From positions 134,757 to 198,756 of the forward strand of contig JBDHUY010000001.1 of the NCBI GenBank assembly GCA_039809385.1: a stretch of DNA of 64,000 nucleotides, read 5' to 3'. The notes beneath the pieces were generated by a model. The model was not told the origin of the DNA, made no database searches, and was given only the letters and a program-made list of their open reading frames with translations. The stretch's first letter is position 1; each line of letters opens with the position of its first letter. Below are positions 35,118-47,414 of this stretch, piece by piece. Origin of the DNA: Candidatus Altimarinota bacterium. Its GTDB lineage: Bacteria; Patescibacteriota; Gracilibacteria; JBDHUY01. The translations under genes were made by a program, and so were the position numbers.

Positions 35118-36968
35118 TCAAGTATCAAAAAGTTTCTGGATGATGGTTATACTACTATCATGAGACAACTTCAGCGCAATATTGAAATTGGTATTGGTTC
35201 CTTTAAGTTTTATTTCCAAAGTCTTGCCGGTTCTTTCTTTCATAAGCCGACAAAAGGGACCTGTGATTTTACCCTGCATCTCATTTTTACTGGTAGCATA
35301 GGCTGAACGTTTGAGCTCAGTGTTCATAATCTCATGACTGGGGTCGTCCAGCAGCATGGTGACTATCTGGATCGTGGCGGTCTGGGAATGAAGTTCTTTG
35401 CTCGAAACAGGCAGGTTTCCCATGGTGATATTGTTTTCAATCAGATTGAGGGTGACATCTGATTTTTCATCCGATGGATCAACGTCATTGAACGGTACAA
35501 TCTTTTCATATTTTCCGTCGTTTCGATACTGGATAATCTTGACCAGATTTTTGCCAAGGTGCTTCGAGGTGATCGATTGATCCATGTATTGCTCCACTAT
35601 TACGCCGTCCGAACAATATCCATCGCGCCAGCTGAGGTATTCGATCGCAAGATCGGGATACTCTTTCTGCAATGTTTGGACAGCATTTTCCAGAGCCTTG
35701 CGGTGGGTACCGATTGAACTGACAAAGCCGATATTGCCGCCTCGTGCACCATCATACATGGCAAAGATAGAAAAATTACTCAATGGATTAGCGTGAAAAA
35801 AGGCAGAATTCAATCGGTGTAGCAACTTTCGCATATGTTCGGACATGGGATCGGTTGCAACTACCGAGGCATATCGGGAATGCATCAAGTTGATAAATTC
35901 ATTCACTATTTTCTCATCGTATCCATGTAACAATAAGTGGTAGAGTTTGTCTATAAGCCGTATGGAAATAGTACCAAAGAGATCGGTCGTGTAGAATTCA
36001 GTATTGGAAGAATCTGCACCAAATTTGTCATAAAAATCGGGCATCACGGGCGCCGATTGCATATCTGAAGAAAATTTTTCATGAATAAAGCGACGTATAT
36101 CCTCAATTTTATAATCAATAATTGTATCCCTGAGCCTACTATATTGTTTTAAAACACTTTTCCCGGAATAAATAACTCCAAAATCAATTAGCCACTCAGT
36201 TATATCGATAGGAAGATCTGGATACAAATCTCTGAGATCGTATCCCCAAAAGGGTATATTGCCCTGTATCAAATTGAACTTGTTTTTTTGGTGGTATTCA
36301 TAATCGAATGTTCGAATTGTCTTAGCAGGAAAAGCAATTATTGGATATGGTGTTGAAACCATAGCGGAAAAACAGGTAGTAGTCCAAGAATGACCTTGTA
36401 ACAGAATTAGATCAAAAATACGTGCCAATTCAAATGCTTTGGTAAAACCATGTTTACCATCTTTTAATAATGACTTCGGTGAAAACTTTTTCCAAATTTG
36501 TATTTGATCTATACTCAGTTTTTCCGACAACAACTGGAAGATCGTAGCCATTAGTGCGGATATGTTAGCTCGTGTCCCATTAGGATAACCATATAAACTG
36601 TCTTCGACCAAAGTGTGGAATCGCACACCTCTCGAATTGGCCCATACAACATCTTTTTTAAATTTCTCTTTTATGAAGTTTAGAAATTCCAATCTATTTG
36701 GCAGAAAGTCATTCAGATCATGATGAAAAAATGCAGCATTGGAATTAGAAAAATACTGCAAACTTCCAAGCTCAATGTGCTCCTTTTCAATAAACTCTAC
36801 GCCCAAGAATACTTTCAAAGGGATCTTTTGGCGGATCATAACTCCACTGTAGCTAGACGGATGTTCCGTCCAATAAAAAGTAAGCGGCGCGGACAACACC
36901 AGTGGACACTGCACAAAAAACTTCTGATATACCTCAGGATATTTCTGTTGAAGCGCAGTAGAATTCAT
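35118..36968 (-). CDS. Degenerate GHMP-kinase-fold protein with probable C-terminal winged-helix domain; paralog of 1..1788
   Basis: VLSAPLTFYWTEHPSSYSG resembles GHMP motif 1 (SAPGK..L.GEH.VVYG); DGARGGNIGF resembles the Gly-rich motif 3; shared blocks with 1..1788. Confidence 0.6.
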   Translation of the reverse strand: MNSTALQQKYPEVYQKFFVQCPLVLSAPLTFYWTEHPSSYSGVMIRQKIPLKVFLGVEFIEKEHIELGSLQYFSNSNAAFFHHDLNDFLPNRLEFLNFIKEKFKKDVVWANSRGVRFHTLVEDSLYGYPNGTRANISALMATIFQLLSEKLSIDQIQIWKKFSPKSLLKDGKHGFTKAFELARIFDLILLQGHSWTTTCFSAMVSTPYPIIAFPAKTIRTFDYEYHQKNKFNLIQGNIPFWGYDLRDLYPDLPIDITEWLIDFGVIYSGKSVLKQYSRLRDTIIDYKIEDIRRFIHEKFSSDMQSAPVMPDFYDKFGADSSNTEFYTTDLFGTISIRLIDKLYHLLLHGYDEKIVNEFINLMHSRYASVVATDPMSEHMRKLLHRLNSAFFHANPLSNFSIFAMYDGARGGNIGFVSSIGTHRKALENAVQTLQKEYPDLAIEYLSWRDGYCSDGVIVEQYMDQSITSKHLGKNLVKIIQYRNDGKYEKIVPFNDVDPSDEKSDVTLNLIENNITMGNLPVSSKELHSQTATIQIVTMLLDDPSHEIMNTELKRSAYATSKNEMQGKITGPFCRLMKERTGKTLEIKLKGTNTNFNIALKLSHDSSITIIQKLFDT

Positions 36969-37037
36969 TAAAAAAAGTTACAATTTCGTCTTATTATAAC
37001 AAAAGCGCAACGCTCATTCTTAAATTTTTTCTAAATT

Positions 37038-38000
37038 CTACTTCAAACGAAACAAAAACTGCCCCCACTTGCCTTTTCGCATAGAGGAAACTACTTCAAA
37101 ACCATGTTCTTCAAAAAAATGAATAAAAGTCTCCTCGTGATAAGCTCGAATATTTAGGACCTCAAGCCTTTCGTTGGGTAAAAGAGTCACTTTCTGGCTG
37201 TGCACTGTCACATTAATTTTCTCTTTACACAGAAAATAATAACGAAAAGCCAGTGCCCCGATAGAATGCTCTATAACCATCTCAAGCTTTGGTTCACCCT
37301 TCTTGATATCCACACCTGCTTCCTGGAGAGAATAAAAAAAATGATTCACCTGAAGCGGATCTTGGAGACGTTGAGTATAATGCTCGAACATCAGCAAATC
37401 GCTTTCTTTTTTGGTATCTTCTCGAAAAACAGCATCAATCCATACCACATCTCCACCTTTCAGGATACTGACCAAGGTATCTACAATGTCAGTAGCAACC
37501 ATATTACCGAAAGTATAACCCAAGAAGGCAAATACCCGATTAGGATAATCACGCAGATAGTAGAACATCTCGGGTGCGAAATTGGGAGCCATGAAATCTG
37601 CCCATATAAAAAACTTTTTGAAGTCATACGGTTTTAGCTCCTGATAGGCCAGTTCTAACATGCTTTTTGAAGAATCGACACCCAGATAAACAAAGGGGAA
37701 GTCGGCTGCAAAACTTTGTTCCAGTACCTTTTTCTCAGAGGAAGCATTTCCACAGGCCAAGGAGATAAAAGCAAATTTCTCCAGATTCTCTGCCAAATAA
37801 TTGGAAGATAAGAAGTTGTAATATTCCGCATCTGTCAGAGCCGGACCCAAAAACAGATTGGGAGCACTGACTTTCTGATAATACAATTGAGCCCCTTTTC
37901 CGACATACGTATGTTTCTGTTCTATGGCTCGAACTTTCATATTCTTCAAAAGGTCAAGTTCGAGCTGACGTTCGGACAAAAGCGGAATCAATGAAAACAT
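37038..38000 (-). CDS. EgtD/Methyltransf_33-like SAM-dependent methyltransferase
   Basis: IEQKHTYVGKGAQLY, ISLACGNASSEK, GVDSSKSMLELA, ADF, FLGYTFGN. Confidence 0.75.
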   Translation of the reverse strand: MFSLIPLLSERQLELDLLKNMKVRAIEQKHTYVGKGAQLYYQKVSAPNLFLGPALTDAEYYNFLSSNYLAENLEKFAFISLACGNASSEKKVLEQSFAADFPFVYLGVDSSKSMLELAYQELKPYDFKKFFIWADFMAPNFAPEMFYYLRDYPNRVFAFLGYTFGNMVATDIVDTLVSILKGGDVVWIDAVFREDTKKESDLLMFEHYTQRLQDPLQVNHFFYSLQEAGVDIKKGEPKLEMVIEHSIGALAFRYYFLCKEKINVTVHSQKVTLLPNERLEVLNIRAYHEETFIHFFEEHGFEVVSSMRKGKWGQFLFRLK

Positions 38001-38004
38001 ATAA

Positions 38005-38898
38005 TCATTTTTGAAAAGAAGAAGCTTTAAGTTGGAAATGAGAGCCTAAGGGCATAATCATACCACCTGTTTTAAAACAGAACCTAGCCATAAAATTGGA
38101 TCCATTAGTTTCCAAGGAAATAACTTCGGTCTTAGACTCAAATTCCTGGTGCGCGAGAAGCTCACGATAGTATTCAATCTCGTTCACCTCCCAGATAATC
38201 GTGTCACTATGGGCATAAATCAAACGGTACAATTGCTCGCTCAAATCGGAAAAAGACTGCTCATATAAAAACTGCTTGAGTTGCGCGGGATTCTTTATAC
38301 CCCGGCGGCGACACTTTTCCTTAAAGGATCGTTTCACCCGGTCAATCTTACAAACCGTGGAACTGCTCCAGTTCAGGAGCCCCTGTAGGGGCAAAAAGAT
38401 CGCCTGCGTTTCAAACGCCATACGCACCTGTTTGTGCCCCTTTAAGCGGTCGAGCGTCATCAAGTTATTTTCCCGATCCGCCAGTTTCAATAATAATACC
38501 CGCACATCCAGCATCCCGGCATACAACAACCGTTCTATTTTGTCCTCAAAGGGCGTAAAAGGAAGCGCATAAAAATCCAACCTGTTTTTGGTAAGCGCAT
38601 CCACCATAAATCCGACCGAGCTCCCGAACGTTTCATAAATACTACGCCGTTCGATCGTCTCATTATCCTCGACCACGTCATGCAGCAGCGCCGCCGCGGT
38701 CATCCGGATATCCCGAAATTTGGAATATACCCGGATCGCCACCTCGATCGGATGAACGATATACGGCTCTCCCGAGATTCGTTGCTGATCCAGATGCGCT
38801 TTTTTGGCAAATCGCAAAGCCCGGATCAAAAAACGTTTTTCCGGAGAAGAAAGATCCTCGATCAACCGTATAAATTCTTCTTCTTGCGGCAAAGCCAT
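38005..38898 (-). CDS. RelA/SpoT-type HD hydrolase domain protein (small alarmone hydrolase-like)
   Basis: FAKKAHLDQQRISGEPYIVHPIEVA, AALLHDVVED, LKLADRENNLMTL; no synthetase domain. Confidence 0.88.
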   Translation of the reverse strand: MALPQEEEFIRLIEDLSSPEKRFLIRALRFAKKAHLDQQRISGEPYIVHPIEVAIRVYSKFRDIRMTAAALLHDVVEDNETIERRSIYETFGSSVGFMVDALTKNRLDFYALPFTPFEDKIERLLYAGMLDVRVLLLKLADRENNLMTLDRLKGHKQVRMAFETQAIFLPLQGLLNWSSSTVCKIDRVKRSFKEKCRRRGIKNPAQLKQFLYEQSFSDLSEQLYRLIYAHSDTIIWEVNEIEYYRELLAHQEFESKTEVISLETNGSNFMARFCFKTGGMIMPLGSHFQLKASSFQK

Positions 38899-39103
38899 TT
38901 TGATTAAAATGAGAGAAGAACTGTGTACGCAAATACAACAAGCTGGTTCATGTCAGAGTATACTACACCTTTTCTGCTTTTCATACCTTTTTTCTGTTTT
39001 ATATAGACTATAGAGTATAGATATTTATCGATCAAGAGAAAATATCTCCGAAGGAGCTCTACGCTTAATATCGGTGTCTTAAAAGTTTTCGAGCATTATA
39101 TCT

Positions 39104-39276
39104 GTCATCCGCCTCGGCGGATCCGGGTACGGGTGCTACATCATGAACACGAGTGATGTGCACTATTTATTACCTGGTAGGGGAAATGGATCATGGTATC
39201 TTTATGGAATTACGCTTCATTTAGCACCTTAAACAAGCTCTGTGTTTCTACGGATGCCGGGCGGAGCCAGCATGAC
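39104..39276. repeat. GTCAT...ATGAC palindromic element
   Basis: GTCATCCGCCTCGGCGGATCC at left, GGATGCCGGGCGGAGCCAGCATGAC at right; right half resembles 58543..58569. Confidence 0.55.
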
Positions 39277-39371
39277 GGAGAAGGCGAAGAAGGGAAGATG
39301 TATACTTTTCAGATTCAGACACCCTACTATAAAGAAGATAGACGATACAAGAGTCCGGAAGCCACATCGAT

Positions 39372-41618
39372 TTAGGATTCGCCCGGTTGCTCTTCTTCCG
39401 TACCGCAGCCATTACATTTGAGTATTCCCTTTTTGGCTTGAACCATCAGATTGCTACAAGCGGAACACTGCTTCAGCGGTTTTTTCCAGGAAACGAACTT
39501 GCAATCGGGATAGCGGCTGCAGCCGTAAAACGGTTTGCCGCGTTTGCCTTTACGTTCGATGACATCGCCTTGCTTGCATTCGGGACAGGTGAAGCCGGTT
39601 TTCGTGACGATGGGTTTGGTAAACTTACATTCGGGATACTTCGAACACGCCCAGAAAGCACCGAAACGTCCTTTTTTGAAAACCAGCGAAGAACTGCAGG
39701 TTTCGCATTTTTCGTCCGTTGTGGGTACTTCTTCGTCCGCATTCTTAAGGTTCTTAATATTTTTGCATTCCGGATAGTTAGAGCACGCCAAGAATTTACC
39801 GTATCGTCCCATTTTGATAATCATGGGATGTCCGCACTTGTCGCAGATTTCGTCGGTCTGTTCCTGATACCGTGCTACTTCCTGCTCTTTTTTTACAAGA
39901 TTTTTTTCAAAAGGCTCATAAAATCCCTTCAAAATGGTACGCCAGTCTTTTTTCCCTTCGGCGACGGTATCGAGGGATTCCTCCATCTCGGCGGTAAATT
40001 TATAGTCGACAATATCGGCAAAGTGATTCAGGAGAAAATCGGTCACCAGTTCCCCCATCTCGGTTGGGTAGAGGTATTTCTCTCTTTTCTCCGTATAATT
40101 TCTTTCAATAATGGTCGAAATTGTAGGAGCATAGGTAGAGGGACGGCCAATTCCCTCGGATTCGAGTTTTTTTACCAGCGAGGCTTCAGTATAGCGGGGC
40201 TCCGGTTTGGTAAAATTTTGGTTTCCGGTAACATCCAGCACGTCGCAGCTGGTTCCTTCCTGCAATTTCGGCAACACCGCCTCGTCAGATTCTTCTTCGT
40301 CGTCACGACCTTCCATATAGACCTTCATAAATCCCGGAAACAAAATTACTTCGCCTTTGGCTTGAAATTGGTACTCTTTACTATTTTCCGGAAATAGGAA
40401 AAGGGTCGTATTCTCGACCGCCGCCGGCGCCATCTGACAGGCCAGGGTACGTTTCCAGATCAACTCGTAAAGGCGCAGTTCGTTGCGATCGAGATACTCT
40501 TTTACATCGTCGGGTTTTAAATCCAGGTTGACAGGGCGAATAGCTTCGTGCGCTTCCTGAGCGCCCTTGGCTTTAGTTTTGTAGAAACGCGGTTCGGTCA
40601 GGGCATACTCTTTTCCGTAGAGATGAGAAATAACCTCCCGCGCCTGTTGCAACGCCTGCTGTGACAAATTGACGCTATCGGTACGCATATACGTGATCAA
40701 ACCAGTGCGTCCTTCTCCCAGATCGACACCTTCATATAATTTTTGAGCCACCACCATGGTCTGTTTTACCGAAAAACCCAATTTACGCGAAGCCTCTTGC
40801 TGAAGCGTACTGGTGGTAAAGGGTGGCGACGGATTCTTTGATCCTTTTTTCACCTCGAGCGCGTCGACGATGAAATGACGGGCTTGTTTTATATGTGCCA
40901 AAATATCGTCGGCTTGTTCTTTGGAAGAAACCCATACTCCTTTCTTAAGTTCGGGAGCGGGAATTTTAAGAGCTTCGTTGCGTATCTTCGCCAGTTCGGC
41001 TTTGAACTTGGTATCTTCGTGCTCCAGCTGGGCCACGATCTTCCAGTATTCTTGCGGCACAAAAGCCCTAATCTCGCGTTCGCGTTCCACGATCAAACGT
41101 ACAGCCACGCTTTGTACGCGACCGGCCGACAAACCTTTGGCGATCTTTTTCCACAACAGCGGCGAAAGTTTATAACCGACCAGCCGGTCCAGTACGCGGC
41201 GCGCCTGCTGCGCGTCTACCAGATCGTCGTTGATCTTTCTGGGATGTTTGAGAGAAGATTCGATGGCGGATTTGGTAATTTCGTGAAAAACGATGCGGTC
41301 GTATTGCTTTGGCTTTAGTCCCAGAACTTCCATCAAATGCCAACCGATCGCCTCGCCTTCGCGATCCTCATCAGTCGCGATGTAAATTTTTTCGGGTTCG
41401 AGCTGCTTGACTTTTTCTTTCAGAGCAGTGATCGTCTTTTTTTTGTCGGCAGGAATAACATATTGGGGAGCGAAGTTGTTTTCGAGATCTACTCCCAGCT
41501 TACTCTGCGGAAGATCCCGGATATGACCGAATGAAGCCATAACCGCATAATTTTTACCCAGGAATTTTTCAATGGTTTTAGCCTTGGCAGGCGACTCGAC
41601 GATAACCAGGTTTTTCAT
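39372..41618 (-). CDS. topA: DNA topoisomerase I with C-terminal zinc ribbons
   Basis: LVIVESPAKAKTI, ATDEDREGEAI, SAGRVQS, ITYMRTDS, GIGRPSTYA, C4 zinc ribbons. Confidence 0.98.
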   Translation of the reverse strand: MKNLVIVESPAKAKTIEKFLGKNYAVMASFGHIRDLPQSKLGVDLENNFAPQYVIPADKKKTITALKEKVKQLEPEKIYIATDEDREGEAIGWHLMEVLGLKPKQYDRIVFHEITKSAIESSLKHPRKINDDLVDAQQARRVLDRLVGYKLSPLLWKKIAKGLSAGRVQSVAVRLIVEREREIRAFVPQEYWKIVAQLEHEDTKFKAELAKIRNEALKIPAPELKKGVWVSSKEQADDILAHIKQARHFIVDALEVKKGSKNPSPPFTTSTLQQEASRKLGFSVKQTMVVAQKLYEGVDLGEGRTGLITYMRTDSVNLSQQALQQAREVISHLYGKEYALTEPRFYKTKAKGAQEAHEAIRPVNLDLKPDDVKEYLDRNELRLYELIWKRTLACQMAPAAVENTTLFLFPENSKEYQFQAKGEVILFPGFMKVYMEGRDDEEESDEAVLPKLQEGTSCDVLDVTGNQNFTKPEPRYTEASLVKKLESEGIGRPSTYAPTISTIIERNYTEKREKYLYPTEMGELVTDFLLNHFADIVDYKFTAEMEESLDTVAEGKKDWRTILKGFYEPFEKNLVKKEQEVARYQEQTDEICDKCGHPMIIKMGRYGKFLACSNYPECKNIKNLKNADEEVPTTDEKCETCSSSLVFKKGRFGAFWACSKYPECKFTKPIVTKTGFTCPECKQGDVIERKGKRGKPFYGCSRYPDCKFVSWKKPLKQCSACSNLMVQAKKGILKCNGCGTEEEQPGES

Positions 41619-41874
41619 AATACCTAAAAAAGAGATAGTCATGGAAAATACCGTACGGGCATTTTCGATACGTTGTAAAATTTTATAGAAAGGTTTTTAG
41701 GCTGTAAAGGGAATCCGCGCTTTTCAATTATTTTTTAGAAGAAATTTATCCCGAAAAAACCTTACTACGATATGACACTGGAGGTAGTCGCTAAACAAAG
41801 ATAGCATATCAGAAAAACGATCTCATTGATTCTTTGATAGAGAAGTCTTGCTCAAAGTTCGGAACCATAGTTGC

Positions 41875-43083
41875 TTACAGTTTGATCAACCGGAAGATCT
41901 CCCGCCCCACAAACTGCCCGTCGCGGCGGTAGACCAGAGAACCACGAGTCAGGTCTATTCCCAGGATTTGGGCAGATTCAGGAGCAAGAAGCGGATCAAT
42001 ATCAAAGCCGCATGAACGAACTATGGCGGCAAAGCCGTTCAAGTAATATGGTTTCCTGTCCCGATAGAAAACCGGTACGCACAGTACGATCGGAATAGAC
42101 GTGATATTCACAGTCTGTAGCACTCCCAAAAGACCACTATACAAACGCGCTACTTCGGTATGCACCTGCGCGATTTCGGTTTCGGAAGGGTCACTTCGCA
42201 AAACCGGCCCCAGATACCCTTCGGTGACAAGCGCGTCAAAGCCAAGCTGTCGGGAAAAAGGCTTGGTAGCATCTTGGACGAATAACGGCGGACGAGAGAC
42301 GGTGTTTAGACCCATTTCTTTTTGATACCAGCGTAGGTTAGCATCGGCTTGTTCGAGCACGCGAGGATCGATGTCGGCCCCGGCGATCCCGTATCCCATC
42401 CGCAACGCTTCGATTAAGATACCACCCGTGCCGCAAAAAGGATCATAGATAGTACACGGCGGTTGGACGGCAGCCAGATTGATGAGGATCTGTGCCAATT
42501 TCGGCGGCATGAGCCCCACCTCCATATTCCGGGCCGGTTTACCGGTATCGCGGCGGGTGTATTGCTCAATATTTTGGCTTGCCGCGAGTCGTCCGATAAA
42601 AATACGGTGGTAATGAAAAAAAACCGCCACTTCGCTCCCCTTATCCGCCAGTCTTTCATGAAAAGATTGGACGCTGGTGGTATTGTTAAAATCATGATTG
42701 ACGAAACGGGAACCTATGCCTGCTTCGCGTAAGCCTTTTTTGAGCGAGAGAATAAGTTCTTTCTGAAAAACTCGGTCGTTCTTGCCAAAAACGTTAAGGG
42801 CAAACGTCAGTTTTCCGCCTCGCGGCAGCGATTCGAGATAGGATAAAACCACCTCGGATAACGATGTCTCTTCTTTCCGGTCTATCGTCGCCACGATCTC
42901 GTAGATCTTGATCGTACCGCCCAGGGAATCGAGTATTTTTTGAGGGGCATCCGTGAAAGATGCGGAAAAGACGGCGTATTGCGTATGAAGTGCCATTTTT
43001 TCCGATTTCTTATGAAAATGTGAGATTTCGGCAATTGACAGAGAGGGATGTGTTCCTAGTATAAAGGCGTATTGCGAGGACAT
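41875..43083 (-). CDS. Trm11/TrmG10-like tRNA methyltransferase
   Basis: MPPKLAQILINLA, YDPFCGTGGILIEA, GADID, DALVTEGYLGP. Confidence 0.8.
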   Translation of the reverse strand: MSSQYAFILGTHPSLSIAEISHFHKKSEKMALHTQYAVFSASFTDAPQKILDSLGGTIKIYEIVATIDRKEETSLSEVVLSYLESLPRGGKLTFALNVFGKNDRVFQKELILSLKKGLREAGIGSRFVNHDFNNTTSVQSFHERLADKGSEVAVFFHYHRIFIGRLAASQNIEQYTRRDTGKPARNMEVGLMPPKLAQILINLAAVQPPCTIYDPFCGTGGILIEALRMGYGIAGADIDPRVLEQADANLRWYQKEMGLNTVSRPPLFVQDATKPFSRQLGFDALVTEGYLGPVLRSDPSETEIAQVHTEVARLYSGLLGVLQTVNITSIPIVLCVPVFYRDRKPYYLNGFAAIVRSCGFDIDPLLAPESAQILGIDLTRGSLVYRRDGQFVGREIFRLIKL

Positions 43084-43331
43084 AGGAAGGAGTCGGTAGA
43101 CCGGAGTTAGGAGATAGGAGTGGGGGCAGGCTTACAGCCGACGGCTAACAGCTGACAGAAAAACAAAGGAAAGAATGAGGCGTTAGAATTGAAGAAGTAT
43201 GAATCATGAATATAGAAAGATAAGAATTCTCTGTTTCAACTTTAAACTTTACATTTTGCATTTTTCACTCTGCCTCTGCTGACCGCTAGTCGCTAACCAC
43301 TGACCACTTTTACTCCTTTCACACCTCTACT

Positions 43332-43823
43332 ATGTCGACTTCCTTGCGCGAAAAATTCCTGATGACCGGTTTACTGCTTTTGTTTCTCTTTTTAGGTTTT
43401 TTCGCCGGAAGGAGCAGCATAAAAACCGAAGCGCTGAACAACCATGATCCTATCAAAGAACGAGGACAGATTTCAACATTTGTTCCGGTGATAGAATTGA
43501 CCAGACTTGAGCAAGGGGTACTATCGGGCAAGACTTCGGCACAAGAAACCCGGCTTTTTCTGAACAAAAAGGCAATACAGATCCAACCTGACGGTACGTT
43601 TCAGACAGACACCGGCGGAATAACGATTGTGAAAGAAACGGAAAGTGATCAATTTACCCAAGGATCCGGCAGTATGCTATACGTCGGAAGTAAAAACAGC
43701 AATATATATCATCCCGTAGGAAGTTCTGCTGCCAATCGGATCGCTCCGCAAAACAAAGTTTTCTTTACTTCGAAGGAAGACGCCGAAAGCAAAGGCTACA
43801 AGCCCGGAAAAGAAGTTAAATAA
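43332..43823 (+). CDS. Membrane-anchored protein with Cys-less Ada-like metal-binding domain
   Basis: N-terminal TM; YVGSKNSNIYH......ANRI...N.VFF.S.EDA...GYKP. Confidence 0.7.
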   Translation: MSTSLREKFLMTGLLLLFLFLGFFAGRSSIKTEALNNHDPIKERGQISTFVPVIELTRLEQGVLSGKTSAQETRLFLNKKAIQIQPDGTFQTDTGGITIVKETESDQFTQGSGSMLYVGSKNSNIYHPVGSSAANRIAPQNKVFFTSKEDAESKGYKPGKEVK

Positions 43824-45806
<1,983 letters not shown>

Positions 45807-45842
45807 ATCAAGGATAAAGGATTAATTATTAATGACGAATTG

Positions 45843-46208
45843 ATGGGAGACGAAGGACATATTTACGATATTAGACTTAGAAGCAAGGCGTTTGCTGTTA
45901 CCATAATCACTCTAGTACGCAGTTTTCCTAAAGATACAGCCAGCTATGTTATCGGGAAACAGGTGATACGTTCTTCAACTTCGATCAGTGCAAATATCGC
46001 CGAAGCCCAAGGTGCTCTTACAAAAAAAGAATTTATTCATTCAATGAATATTGCTAAAAAAGAAGCTCTCGAATGCGCAAACTGGATTGAAATGATTCAG
46101 GAATCTCACTTACATACGAATACTGATCACTTACTAAAGGAATGTAACGAGATTATCAAGATTTTTGTAAGCATTGTTAAAAGATCTCAGCAATCTGCCT
46201 CCCTTTAA
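45843..46208 (+). CDS. Four-helix-bundle protein (23S rRNA intervening-sequence protein family)
   Basis: QVIRSSTSISANIAEA...KKEF...IAKKEALE..NW. Confidence 0.9.
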   Translation: MGDEGHIYDIRLRSKAFAVTIITLVRSFPKDTASYVIGKQVIRSSTSISANIAEAQGALTKKEFIHSMNIAKKEALECANWIEMIQESHLHTNTDHLLKECNEIIKIFVSIVKRSQQSASL

Positions 46209-46246
46209 TACTTAATAATTGATATTTAATACTTTACAACTTGGTC

Positions 46247-47287
46247 ATGAAAATTAATGTTATAAAGCATCGCAATATCTGGTTCGCCATCTCCGGTATT
46301 CTATTTATTGTAAGCCTGATGGGATTTTTCGGCATAGGGCTCAAATACGGTATCGACTTTACCGGAGGGAGTCTGATCGAACTGGAGTTCGCACAAGGGC
46401 AAAACGTTACGGTAGAGCAGATGAATACTGCTCTAAAAAAAGCCGAAGACAAAGTAAACGCGGATGTGAAAAATCAGGTTAAGACACTATCACTGAATGA
46501 AAACCGCAACAGTACGGCTCAGGCCACCGGAAGCGGTGCCGTAACGGGAGATACGGACGAAGGAGTCGCACTCCCGAAAGCGACGGTAGACATCGGGACT
46601 CCGGTAATTGTGCCAACCAATACCGGCATGACCATTCGGCTCAAAGCGTTGGATCCCTATACTCACGAAGAGATCCGTCAGACGCTCGCAACCGATTTTC
46701 CCGGGATAAACGAGAAAAAATTCACCACAATCGGTCCGACGGTCGGAGAATCGTTGCGACAGAAGGCATTGCTGTCATTGTCTGTCACGCTGATCGGGAT
46801 GATCCTGTTTATCGCATTTGCTTTCCGGAAAGTACCGAAAAAGATCAGCCCGTGGAAATTCGGCGTATGTGCTGTAATTGCTTTGCTGCACGACGTGATT
46901 ATTCCGGTAGGAGTATTCGTTCTGCTGGGGCAATTGCTGCATGTGGAAGTGGAAAGTTTCTTCGTAACGGCGTTGCTGACAGTGATGGGTTTTTCGGTAC
47001 ACGATACGATCGTCGTATTCGACCGGATTCGAGAGAACCTCACGTACCAGAAACGCGAAGAAACCTTTGCCGACGTAGCCGAAAAGAGCGTACATCAGAC
47101 GTTTGCACGCAGTATCAACACATCGTTGACGGCCATGATCACGCTCTTGTTTCTGTTTCTGTTCGGAAGTGAAACGACCCGCTGGTTTGTCTTTACCATG
47201 TTAATCGGTATCGGCATCGGAACCTATTCTTCCATCTTTATCGCTTCGCCGCTCCTGGTTGCATGGAAAGAACGGGGAACGAAATAA
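46247..47287 (+). CDS. secF: Protein translocase subunit SecF
   Basis: GIDFTGGS, IGPTVG, ALLHDV, GFSVHDTIVVFDRIREN, RSINTSLT, GTYSSIFIASP. Confidence 0.97.
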   Translation: MKINVIKHRNIWFAISGILFIVSLMGFFGIGLKYGIDFTGGSLIELEFAQGQNVTVEQMNTALKKAEDKVNADVKNQVKTLSLNENRNSTAQATGSGAVTGDTDEGVALPKATVDIGTPVIVPTNTGMTIRLKALDPYTHEEIRQTLATDFPGINEKKFTTIGPTVGESLRQKALLSLSVTLIGMILFIAFAFRKVPKKISPWKFGVCAVIALLHDVIIPVGVFVLLGQLLHVEVESFFVTALLTVMGFSVHDTIVVFDRIRENLTYQKREETFADVAEKSVHQTFARSINTSLTAMITLLFLFLFGSETTRWFVFTMLIGIGIGTYSSIFIASPLLVAWKERGTK

Positions 47288-47414
47288 GGTAATCTTTTCT
47301 CAAAAGCGAGGAATTTTGGTTATTTTCAGTACTTTTGTTGCTTGTTTCGAGTGTTTTTTGATACTATAGTATGAAAGCATACGTTTAGGTGCTTTTCATA
47401 TACATACCTACTCT

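Noticed and set aside
39387-40397. Long antisense ORFs (for example 336 aa opposite topA, 291 aa at 12430, 257 aa at 62126)
   Set aside because: They lie fully opposite well-supported genes and show no motifs; treated as shadow ORFs.
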